Of a stretch of DNA of 64,000 nt, positions 24,640 to 36,400 are shown piece by piece. The notes under the pieces are model-generated. The model searched no databases, had not been told where the DNA came from, and worked only from the letters and a program-made list of their open reading frames with translations. Position 1 is the stretch's first letter; each line of letters opens with the position of its first letter. Both the position numbers and the translations under genes were made by a program. The stretch comes from Octopus bimaculoides (Eukaryota), in contig NC_068987.1 in NCBI RefSeq assembly GCF_001194135.2, positions 100,320,186-100,384,185 on the forward strand, written 5' to 3'.

Positions 24640-25200
24640 AAAGAGGTAGGAAGCTAAGAGACATAAGAGGTAAATAAGTGCGTCTACTTAGGGCACACAG
24701 CGATAACGCGCCGAGATATGAAAGCTGAAATATGGAAGAGAATAAGGAAAAGATCGGTGTTTACGTCAAAATGATGTGCTCAGTAAAAATCTGGACGTTA
24801 ACATATGTGCAGGAATCTTCAAAAGCCCATGTTGTTGTATTCTAGTGAGAAATGGGCTACTACAAAGAATGCAGAATTTCAATTGGCTACAACGCAAACT
24901 GCCATGCAAATAACCATACATAATATATTATTATGAGAGCATCTCCGAAATGATGTAATTCGAAAAAAGGAGACGTACGAATGATGAAACTGGAGAATAC
25001 CTAAAGCACAAGTTCACAGACAAGAGGTGGAGATGCACAACTGACGAGTGGTACCCTAGAGATCGCAAAAAGCTAATCAGAAGTACTTCGCAATAATGGG
25101 AAAGTGTTTGGAACGAGGTAGAAAATGGCGCAATCAAGAATGAATTAACACCGCATTGTGCCCAGCAGTGTATAACAATACCTAATAGACTGGATGATAA
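24640..25200 (+). mobile_element. Degenerate RTE-clade LINE 3' fragment
   Basis: PMLLYSSEKWATTKNAEFQLATTQTAM (cf. PVLLYGSETW.LTK) and a TDEWYPR..KS relic. Confidence 0.5.
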
Positions 25201-26599
25201 AGTGATATCAGTTAATTAAAAGGAAATATTTCACATTTTATAATTAGTTTCGGCTCTAACTTTTCAATTCGACTCCTACATATTTTCTAGTGCTGATTCA
25301 TGTACCATTGCAAATTTCAACAATTCGTTGTCATAGTGATCCAGAGTGATATAAATGATTGCACGCCAAAGTGATTTTAAGTGACGAAATACATTTACAA
25401 AGTCTCATTATAGAAATACCAACATGTCGGATTAAAAACAATTTGGATATAGTTTGTGCTGCATGCAAAGGCTTTTGATACGTAATGTCGTATAACCCTG
25501 AAAGATATTTTGTTACAGTTTGTAAGTATCTGCGTATCTATCTTAAATTTCATAATTCCTCTGTTATTTAAGTTATTTAAGCTCTTCGGAAATAATTATC
25601 ATTGCACATTACATATATGGTTATGTGTATAATTGTGCGTGTGTGTTTGTGTGTGTGTGTGAGTGTGTGTTTGTGTGCGTATGTGTGTGTGTGTGTCCGT
25701 ACGTATAAATCTTCATAAAGTGCAATGTCCCGAATAATAAATTCCGTCCACTTACATTTATTTGAATGGTGTTTCATTTACACACAAATTCTCATCAAAC
25801 AACATGTACTAAATTGCCTTAAGATAAAACGAAATGAAATATTGTCATCAATTTCCTAGTCATGATTAGGAGAATGCGAAACGGGTAGGCTACATAAATA
25901 TAAAATTTTATAAAGTATATAATATACATATTATATATATATATATATATATNNNNNNNNNNNNNNNNNNNNNNNNNNNNNNNNNNNNNNNNNNNNNNNN
26001 NNNNNNNNNNNNNNNNNNNNNNNNNNNNNNNNNNNNNNNNNNNNNNNNNNNNNNNNNNNNNNNNNNNNNNNNNNNNNNNNNNNNNNNNNNNNNNNNNNNN
26101 NNNNNNNNNNNNNNNNNNNNNNNNNNNNNNNNNNNNNNNNNNNNNNNNNNNNNNNNNNNNNNNNNNNNNNNNNNNNNNNNNNNNNNNNNNNNNNNNNNNN
26201 NNNNNNNNNNNNNNNNNNNNNNNNNNNNNNNNNNNNNNNNNNNNNNNNNNNNNNNNNNNNNNNNNNNNNNNNNNNNNNNNNNNNNNNNNNNNNNNNNNNN
26301 NNNNNNNNNNNNNNNNNNNNNNNNNNNNNNNNNNNNNNNNNNNNNNNNNNNNNNNNNNNNNNNNNNNNNNNNNNNNNNNNNNNNNNNNNNNNNNNNNNNN
26401 NNNNNNNNNNNNNNNNNNNNNNNNNNNNNNNNNNNNNNNNNNNNNNNNNNNNNNNNNNNNNNNNNNNNNNNNNNNNNNNNNNNNNNNNNNNNNNNNNNNN
26501 NNNNNNNNNNNNNNNNNNNNNNNNNNNNNNNNNNNNNNNNNNNNNNNNNNNNNNNNNNNNNNNNTTTAACCCGACCATAACAGATGAGCATTATTTGTA

Positions 26600-27616
26600 A
26601 TTCAACGGTACAACAGTGTAAGACTACCCTTTCAGATATACTTACATTGTGATTTCTGCAATGTGGTGCATAAATTGTCAAGTAAATGAGACTCATCTTT
26701 GTCTCCACTGATTCACTTGCAAAGTGTTGAGTAAAATTATTTCGTTGCAGACCTCCTTTCAGTCTTTTTATTATCACTGAGTCACACATAGTCCCCAATT
26801 GGTAACATTGATTTCAAGGCCCTCCTAGATGAGAGACTGGCATTCCACTTAATGTCTATGTTCCATGCTGGCATGGATTGGAGAGTTATTAATGTAGAAA
26901 TATGGTACATTTCTTGCTTTAACGTATTAGTCCCTCACAAACTCTCAGAAAAGAATTGCTTGGATCGGTATTCCGTTTGAGATATACTTTAGAAATGGAA
27001 TGAAAGCCTGATTTTCTTAGCAACAACATGTGAATGGAGATGAAACATGGATTATGTACGAAAATTAGTGCGTAAAAGATCCTGGAGTTTGCGTAAGGAT
27101 CCCCCAAAACATCAACCAAAGAGGAATATAGATGCCAAAAACGCTATGCTTTGTGTTTAGTAGGATTATAGAGGCATTATTCATTATGAGCTTCTTCCAT
27201 AAAACCAGACCATTGATTCTGATATATACAGTCGTCAGCTTGCTAATTTAAACCAAACAAATCAAAGAATTTTGAAAGTAGTGTTACGCCAAGACAATAC
27301 GTGACCACATGTGTTTTTCGGTACCCAAATATTGTTGCATGAACCATATCCACAATATTTTCCTGATACTGCGGCGTCCGACTAACATTTCCTTTTGTCT
27401 CTACAGAACTCTTTCCAAGGAAAATCAGTTAACGCTTTAGATGGAGTCAAAATGCATGTAGATAATATTTTTTTCTTCAGCACTACTTAAAACATATGCT
27501 CATGGAATAGCAAAGGTCATTAGTAAAAAATGGACATTATTTCATTGAATAAAATTTATTGTAAGATCAATTATTTAATAATATCCCTTTTTGGATATTA
27601 AAAAAACGCTCATAAC
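26600..27616 (+). mobile_element. Degenerate mariner transposase pseudogene
   Basis: LVPHKLSEKN, NGDETWIMYEN, KNAMLCV**DYRGIIHYELLP*NQTIDSDIYSRQL, LRQDNT*PHV and PQYFPDTAASD*HF are degenerate D,D34D mariner motifs. Confidence 0.85.
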
Positions 27617-30604
27617 NNNNNNNNNNNNNNNNNNNNNNNNNNNNNNNNNNNNNNNNNNNNNNNNNNNNNNNNNNNNNNNNNNNNNNNNNNNNNNNNNNNN
27701 NNNNNNNNNNNNNNNNNNNNNNNNNNNNNNNNNNNNNNNNNNNNNNNNNNNNNNNNNNNNNNNNNNNNNNNNNNNNNNNNNNNNNNNNNNNNNNNNNNNN
27801 NNNNNNNNNNNNNNNNNNNNNNNNNNNNNNNNNNNNNNNNNNNNNNNNNNNNNNNNNNNNNNNNNNNNNNNNNNNNNNNNNNNNNNNNNNNNNNNNNNNN
27901 NNNNNNNNNNNNNNNNNNNNNNNNNNNNNNNNNNNNNNNNNNNNNNNNNNNNNNNNNNNNNNNNNNNNNNNNNNNNNNNNNNNNNNNNNNNNNNNNNNNN
28001 NNNNNNNNNNNNNNNNNNNNNNNNNNNNNNNNNNNNNNNNNNNNNNNNNNNNNNNNNNNNNNNNNNNNNNNNNNNNNNNNNNNNNNNNNNNNNNNNNNNN
28101 NNNNNNNNNNNNNNNNNNNNNNNNNNNNNNNNNNNNNNNNNNNNNNNNNNNNNNNNNNNNNNNNNNNNNNNNNNNNNNNNNNNNNNNNNNNNNNNNNNNN
28201 NNNNNNNNNNNNNNNNNNNNNNNNNNNNNNAATTTATATATATTGTGACGAAGAATTAAATTTGTTGTAATATCTGAGTTGAAGAAGACCATAGATTAGT
28301 TTATGTAAATGTTATAAAATCTAAAACTGAAATTTCTCTCATCAAGTATCACAGACCACGTTTTACAAGCAGATTCAAAAGTAGTGAAATTGAGGTGAGA
28401 CTATTTGAGGTTAATTTCGATTGCTACATTTGGATTTTTTCAAAATAATCTTTCTGGAGATAAATTAAGGCACCCAAAGTAAAAGGTAATCCCAAATAAT
28501 GTAGTTCATAGCTTCTCCTTTTTTCTGAAGCACTGGTTTAAATGTTACGTAATGACAAACGGCGGCGCAAAAACGTGTGTGATGAAGTCACGTCGGATAT
28601 CTCAATAGTTTTGCCGTTAAATTTGATGTCAGTGTGAAGCTAAAGTTGGAGATAGCTGTTTGTTTGCAAAAGTAATACTTTAAAAAAATATTTCTTTAAT
28701 ATTTTGTTTCAGCAAGTCAGATATTTCGGTGGAATTAATTTGCATTCTCTTATTAGCATAACCATACGATATGTCATGATTAAGTTGCTGTTCAACAGCA
28801 CAAATAGTGGAACCTAGGTTAATAAATATAGCAGCGTTAGCAGAGGTAATGCGGGTTTTATATTTACTAGAATATCTCAAATTACCAGAGCGAACAGTGC
28901 TATGTCATTTGAGCTATGACGCTTCTCCTCTTCCCTGGAGGAAACCTGAGAAAATTCTACGTAAATTGCAGAATGCACTTCTGACACTATCCATTTGATT
29001 TCTTCGAAATAATTAATTACATGCTTAATTATTGTATGTAATTATATGCTTAATAGAAATATAGGGTATTGCTACCAAATCTACAACTAAATCATGAAAA
29101 TTTGTTGTGGTACATTTCTATTAAAGTTTCACGATGGAACAGCGTTTCTCGACTGTCCTTGAACGCCGAATTGTAAATCTAGAGGATATTAGAAAGTGGG
29201 AAAAAATGTTATTCCCTAAAAGTAGTAGTAGCGTACCATATTTTGAAGTAGCTGGTTGATATTTGAAGTACTTAGATTTGAGTCATCTACCTCTGTTATG
29301 ACAATATGGTATCATCATTACCGCTAGCAACAAAGGCAACGACTTCTATTATGCATGAACCCAATAATTGAACCAAACCTAGAGAATGAAGGTGTTATTT
29401 ATCTTATCCGGTGGATTATCAACAGTCGATTGAGCGCGAAATTCCTTCGATATCTGAAAAGTACAACAAAATACCGATGATAACTTTGTCGATATGAAGT
29501 ATAAGAACTGGTATAGATTTAGCAGAACACGTAACGCCATCGGAATCCTAAAATCAATTAACTTTGGTAAGTGAATCTACCGCCGTAAAGGTATCCTAAT
29601 TTAACAAACGCAGACAGTAACTTTCTTAACAAGGCACTGCAATGAGGTTTATTTTTATCAATTATCAGAGTTTATTTCATTCTAAGGGCACGTTCTATTT
29701 AGGACCATACATGAGCAATTTCTTACTTGCATTGGAGTAAACAAAGTAGGAATTGTTGAAACTCTTATGTACATATTGTCTACGAATTCTTGCCTTGTCA
29801 GCTTTTAGTTTGATAAAAGAATTAATCAGAACTACGCGATTACCAGGATGTTTCCTCTTAGGTATTATTGACCATGAATGACATTTGAGAATAGAAAAAT
29901 ATATTGTGTTGCACTGATGCCAGTTAAGTTGCAAATTTTCCTCGCAACGAATTAAATTCCTGTAACCAGAAGAGAACAAGTCATTTAGGGCAATCAAACA
30001 TTGACTCATAGGAATACTGTGTCAGAGGACATGAAATCAGTAATTGGATTGCCTTGTTGAATTGCGGTAAAAATGAATATAGCGTGAACGGAGTTGAGTA
30101 CTTGTATTTAGAAACTTGAAGCTTGATATTGTATTGCTGCTCAATTTTGTTTGTATATTGGTAGTTTAATTACATCCGTAACAGAATAATCATTTCCTTC
30201 AATTCCAGCAGTCTTGAATCTAAGATAAGAGGCCATAAAGTAAATCGAGCTACCTTACTATGACACAAAAGTACACATATTGACAAGCATTGGAAAGAAA
30301 AAAAATATATAGGAAGATTTCCTACCAGAGCCCAGAATCATGTTTGCATATTTGCACTGAAAAGGACCAACGAAAACGGTTCTGATATTGTAGTCAAACA
30401 TTACTCAAACCTCTTCATACATAGTCAATTCAAGAAGAAAGTGAGCGCATAGAAACAGGATTTATAATATGAGCAAAACTACTTTTCGATCATTATGGAT
30501 TTAAGAACGTTAATATGCGAAATTAAACTTCAAATAATATAAAGAAATAAAATAAAATAAAATAAAAACCACACTCAAACACTACCGCAAGAACAACAAA
30601 CGGT

Positions 30605-30657
30605 ACTACTACTACTACTACTACTACTATTGCTGCTGCTGCTGCTGCTACTACTAC

Positions 30658-30693
<36 letters not shown>

Positions 30694-30730
30694 TGCTACT
30701 ACTACTGCTACTACTAATAGTAATAATGAT
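30605..30730. repeat. (TAC)n/(TGC)n microsatellite continuous with the Tx1 3' tail
   Basis: Directly visible. Confidence 0.95.
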
Positions 30731-31330
30731 AATGATTTCATTTATTTGCCACAAGGGCCAAGGATGCAGTGGACAATACAAAGAGAAACAAAAGGGGGGG
30801 ATTACATATAACGAAATGATAAAAAGGAAGGAAAGAAAGTAAGTATATAAGGTATGCACTGAAAACGAAGGGGGATATATGCAATGAAAAGGTTTAAAAC
30901 AAAAAAAATGTGGCGTGGCGTTCCTCCTGATACAGGAACGCCTCTAGGAATAATTGAGGAACACCACTGTCCGAGATTTCCCAGAAACCCCACGAGCAAG
31001 TGCCTCTTCTAGTTCCTTCTCTCCGACTCACAGATCGACACTTTCACCCACTTTTCAATAAAGTCACCCAAGGACAGCACTTCCCTCTCCACTCTCAATT
31101 TCCTTTTCAAGTGAAACTTGAAGAAGTCAATGAAAGCTCTACCAAAGGGGAATATAACTGTCCCACACGTGATAGCAGCTGTCCGACATAACCCCTGCAA
31201 CGCCCACACACCCGTTAGCACATCCCGGCCAGAGATTTCCGGAAATTATCTATGAGCCTTGGGCCAAACGTCAACCGGGGTAGACAAGCTAGTCGATTTT
31301 CATCGGCGCTCACAATTTCCTCAAGGACGT
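30731..31330 (-). mobile_element. Probable Tx1-clade LINE 3' end (ORF2 C-terminus + 3' UTR with AATAAA)
   Basis: GC-rich minus ORF ...GRAFIDFFKFHLKRKLRVEREVLSLGDFIEKWVKV*. The UTR ends GGCAAATAAATGAAATCATTATCATTATT. Clade assignment is from recollection of similar C-termini. Confidence 0.6.
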
Positions 31331-31339
31331 CGTTACTTT

Positions 31340-31557
31340 TGCGAAACACTAATAATAATCATTTGTGCTAAACGTTCGAGGCCTGGAATTTTGTAGACTA
31401 CAGCTAGTCAGTTATATCGAACCCAGTGCTTAAATGATACTGAAAAGCTGAAAGACAGAGCCTGTCTCTGTGATACTTGAATTCAGTAAGTAGAGGCTGG
31501 ACGAATTTGCACCGAGCATTTTGTCAAGCGAGCTAAAATTTCTGCCCGCTCACCAAC

Positions 31558-31630
<73 letters not shown>

Positions 31631-31634
31631 TGAC

Positions 31635-31683
<49 letters not shown>

Positions 31684-32052
31684 AAAAATTTTAGCATAAG
31701 GTCAGCAATTTTAGGGACAGTTGAATAGTCGGGTACACCGACCCAGTACTTCATTCGTAGTTTATTATATCGACTTCAAAAGGAAGAAATACAAAGTTGA
31801 TCTAATCAGGGTTCGAACTCAGAAGATAAAAAGCTGGACTAAATACAGCATTTTATGACGACTCTGCCAATCCATCTTATTCAAGAACTATGATAATAAT
31901 CGTATTTTTTTTTCTATCATTGGCACACAGCCAGACATTTTTGAGGGGACAGGGATAGTCGATTACATCGACCCCAGAGATAGTTTGATACTTTATTTCA
32001 TTGCTCTCAAAAGGATGAAAGATACAGTGACCTTGGTGTGATTTGAACTCAG
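31340..32052 (-). mobile_element. Cluster of three degenerate SINE family B copies separated by (AAT)n/(GAT)n
   Basis: Each resembles the reverse complement of 50781-50991 (TTTGAACTCAGAA, ATCGACCCCAG, GAAAGATGAAAG-like motifs). Microsatellite at 31558-31682. Confidence 0.65.
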
Positions 32053-32870
32053 AAGTGGTGGTTAGCCTTGAAAAGAGCTATTAGAGTGGAGGTGTTAGAA
32101 TTTAGTAAAGAAAGAGTGTTAGAGGAATCTTGAATAGAGTGTGACCTAGATAGGAAACTAGAAGAGGCACTTAGTAAAGCAATAGCGAACGACTTGCTGG
32201 CGGCAAAAGTAGATGTTGATCAATGACTAGCACGAATGTTGAGTTGGCAGAGCTAGGGTGCGTGCGCTAAGACAAGATGGAATAAAAACCCGTTCGATGG
32301 GCCAGGTTAGTAGATTGGCAACAAAATCACAATTCTTTCTGTGACGGGCCGAGACGGGCTCTTGCTATTCGAGTCCAAGCAGTTGTGTGTGGTAATTTAA
32401 CATCATTTTGCCAAACACTACGAAGCAAGCGGCGTGTCGGAAACCGGGGTGAATTTTCTCGGGGTCAGGGATTCGGAGTTCTGTGAAATGCCGATAACAG
32501 CCGGAGACGTACAGGACGTGATGACTAGCTGCACAAGGAATAAGTCTCCGGGACAGGAGACTCGGCCGTTTGAGCTTTATCTTCATATGCCAGACTTGTT
32601 CGGTGATCGCTGGGCAGATGTCTAGCGCAGCTGGAAACTTATCAGGCGAATTGCAGGCGCTGGGAGCTGGGGCGGAACGATGTTGCCGAGAAAAGACTCG
32701 AATAAGGGGGACGAGACATGTATTTTTAGGCCCGTAACTCTGCCACACACAGGCTGACAAACTGTTTGGTGATACACAGACATGAGCTAACACAAAAAGA
32801 TCTATCGTCGGCAATCTCTCATTCAGGCGTTCATAGGAAGTCTTGGTATGGAACCTACTCTCTCTATGAT
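32052..32870 (+). mobile_element. Degenerate Tx1-clade ORF2 fragment (linker to RT start)
   Basis: KWWLALKRAIRVE...DRKLEEAL...LLAAKVDVDQ aligns to R*WFALKMAIKSE...VKKLGEAL...VLAARMALDQ of the 1-460 segment. It continues as MPITAGDV...NKSPG...FRPVTL. Confidence 0.8.
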
Positions 32871-32884
32871 GTAATATATATTTA

Positions 32885-32942
<58 letters not shown>

Positions 32943-35900
32943 AATACATACATTCATGTACCAATGTAGAGTCAGTTTCATCTTATGCACGCTGCATGTC
33001 TGTATAAGAACAATAGATTCGAGTTTCCTCGAGCATTCGTTTGCGTATACTTCTATGTGTGTATTTCTGAGGTAACGAATATCATTTATAACAGAGAAAT
33101 AAACTACGCTTTCTGGAACGCAATAGTAAGGACACCAGTACCCATTAATCAGATTATTTGGAATAGAACTTGGAATGTTTGTTATATGTTGCAAAAGAAA
33201 AGGCGATGAAGCCACTTTATAGAGATATCTATTCTTAGAGAATCCTTATTCAGTATATTGTATCCTCTAACAATTTAGCTGTAGATGGGTGAAGCTTCTT
33301 GTAGGAATATAACTTCCTAATATCAATAAACATAGAAAAAGTGTCCAGTGGAGCAGAATAGGCATTTATAATGCTTGAAATATCTCCTATAAAATCTACC
33401 TACCAAGGAATATGATTTCCAGTAATAACAGGCTTGGTTGAACGCTGTCGTATATATANNNNNNNNNNNNNNNNNNNNNNNNNNNNNNNNNNNNNNNNNN
33501 NNNNNNNNNNNNNNNNNNNNNNNNNNNNNNNNNNNNNNNNNNNNNNNNNNNNNNNNNNNNNNNNNNNNNNNNNNNNNNNNNNNNNNNNNNNNNNNNNNNN
33601 NNNNNNNNNNNNNNNNNNNNNNNNNNNNNNNNNNNNNNNNNNNNNNNNNNNNNNNNNNNNNNNNNNNNNNNNNNNNNNNNNNNNNNNNNNNNNNNNNNNN
33701 NNNNNNNNNNNNNNNNNNNNNNNNNNNNNNNNNNNNNNNNNNNNNNNNNNNNNNNNNNNNNNNNNNNNNNNNNNNNNNNNNNNNNNNNNNNNNNNNNNNN
33801 NNNNNNNNNNNNNNNNNNNNNNNNNNNNNNNNNNNNNNNNNNNNNNNNNNNNNNNNNNNNNNNNNNNNNNNNNNNNNNNNNNNNNNNNNNNNNNNNNNNN
33901 NNNNNNNNNNNNNNNNNNNNNNNNNNNNNNNNNNNNNNNNNNNNNNNNNNNNNNNNNNNNNNNNNNATATATATATATATATATATATACGTATGTATGT
34001 ATGTATGTACATGTATTAATATATTTATATGTGTTTATATAGGTATCGTATATATTTGTCTTTCTTTTTATAATTCTTGTTTGAAGATTGGATCTATCAA
34101 ATAAATGGACTTGAAATATTTGTGATATACTCGCCAAGAGAAAGAGTGATGTTTAAGTAATGGAGTCTGGATGAGTGATTTATGAAGGGTTTAGTTTAGA
34201 TCGTATACACGTATGCACACACACGCACGCGCACGCATGTATAAAAAGCAAATAGATATATGCATATTACAAAAGAAATACAGTTCCTTCAGAAATGTCT
34301 ACTCCCCATATTTTAGCATAAAATTATAACTAATTGATACTGAATACTTAATTCATTCATTTCAATAAACTACCCTTGAAATAGGATGTAGAACCGCACT
34401 GCGTGACAATGAGATTTTCAGAAGCTTCACGAATTCAATCTTTCATGAATAACACAAAATTTATTGTTCAATACACATTAGGATAAGTATATTGTAACTG
34501 CCATACATTAACTATTAATTATATACGTGTGTGTTTATGTGTATATTTATGGATATGCGAATATGCCCATGTACGTATCTCAATTTTCAGTTTTATTTCA
34601 ATATTTCTTGTCGAAAGAGAGAGAGCCGGTTTCTAACCACGTTTCAAAGTACCTGCATCGGAATTTCAACATCAACAATATGGTATTTCTTTGGATGTGT
34701 ACGTATGTATATATACGCGCAGATTTGTATGTTTTCTTTTATGTAAGTCTTCTCATGCACAGACTTAAATATGTCTGTATGTATGTATTTGCGTGTATGT
34801 ATCTATGTATGTATGCGTCCATGTGTGTAAGTGTTTGTATGTGTATGACCTATATGTATGTGTGTGTGTGTGTGTGTGTGTATACAACTGAGCATTATGG
34901 ACATATTTGATGTTGCATTAATGAGAAAATCATAATATTTGGAGCGTATAATGCGCGATTTTTGGGAGAGTATCAAGGTATAATTTATACATGGAAGCAT
35001 CCATGACTGTGTGGTGAAGTGGCTCACACCATTATCATCTAACCTTTCGACAGCACACCAAGGTGTCTTCAGTCTGTTCATCACGCGTTAAGTATCCATC
35101 GCTGACAGGGTTCTGCGTAGGATTCAGGAGAGGGACATCTGGGTATGACTGTAGATGTAAATAAAGCATGCAAGCTTTTCCCATTGTGTTATGCTTCGTA
35201 TCAGAATTCTATGCTAGATTGCCTTTGTGCATTTCGATTGGTCAACCTCGTAGCTACTGTTATAAGCCGATTATTTTGATCGGAGAACTTGAGTCTGACA
35301 GAAACACCTCCCCCATACTCATTTGCATACATATATATGTTTATACACACACGCACACGTGCATTCACACACACACATACACACACACACACACACACAC
35401 GCATANNNNNNNNNNAGAGTCAATTAAAATCAGAGATATCATAAGTGGATACGGATTGCCTTTGTAGGAAAAGTGAGTGAAGAAAAGATTTTAAGAAGAC
35501 TGCAGTGTGAGAAAAAATATTAAGAATGAGTGTTGTGTCTGGATTACACCGAAACAATATCAATGTTGGTGTACGTGGTGTATATAAATGAATCTCTTAA
35601 GGACTGAAAATCAACAAATATTATGTAGATGGCAACTGTTAAGAAATGCGTCCTTTTATCGTAGATATGCTGATTTTTTGTTTTTTTGTTATGCAAACTT
35701 TGAAACGGAAACACCAACACCATGCTAAAAATCATGTGCAAATTTCTCTCGGTATTAAAATTCAGTTACAGCTTTCATTTCATTAATTCGATTTCTCTGC
35801 CGGATGGTTTGTAGTGTTTTCATNNNNNNNNNNNNNNNNNNNNNNNNNNNNNNNNNNNNNNNNNNNNNNNNNNNNNNNNNNNNNNNNNNNNNNNNNNNNN

Positions 35901-36400
35901 NNNNNNNNNNNNNNNNNNNNNNNNNNNNNNNNNNNNNNNNNNNNNNNNNNNNNNNNNNNNNNNNNNNNNNNNNNNNNNNNNNNNNNNNNNNNNNNNNNNN
36001 NNNNNNNNNNNNNNNNNNNNNNNNNNNNNNNNNNNNNNNNNNNNNNNNNNNNNNNNNNNNNNNNNNNNNNNNNNNNNNNNNNNNNNNNNNNNNNNNNNNN
36101 NNNNNNNNNNNNNNNNNNNNNNNNNNNNNNNNNNNNNNNNNNNNNNNNNNNNNNNNNNNNNNNNNNNNNNNNNNNNNNNNNNNNNNNNNNNNNNNNNNNN
36201 NNNNNNNNNNNNNNNNNNNNNNNNNNNNNNNNNNNNNNNNNNNNNNNNNNNNNNNNNNNNNNNNNNNNNNNNNNNNNNNCTCTTTCTTTCTTTCTCTATG
36301 TACGTATGTATGTGCACACACGCACATATTTACACGCGCACGCAGAGAAACGTTCACATATGTGTGTTTGTATATATATATATATATAACAATCAATAAC

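Noticed and set aside
26645-26830. Minus-strand AG...GTAAGT exon candidate
   Set aside because: All three frames from the acceptor contain stops, and it overlaps the mariner N-terminus on the opposite strand.
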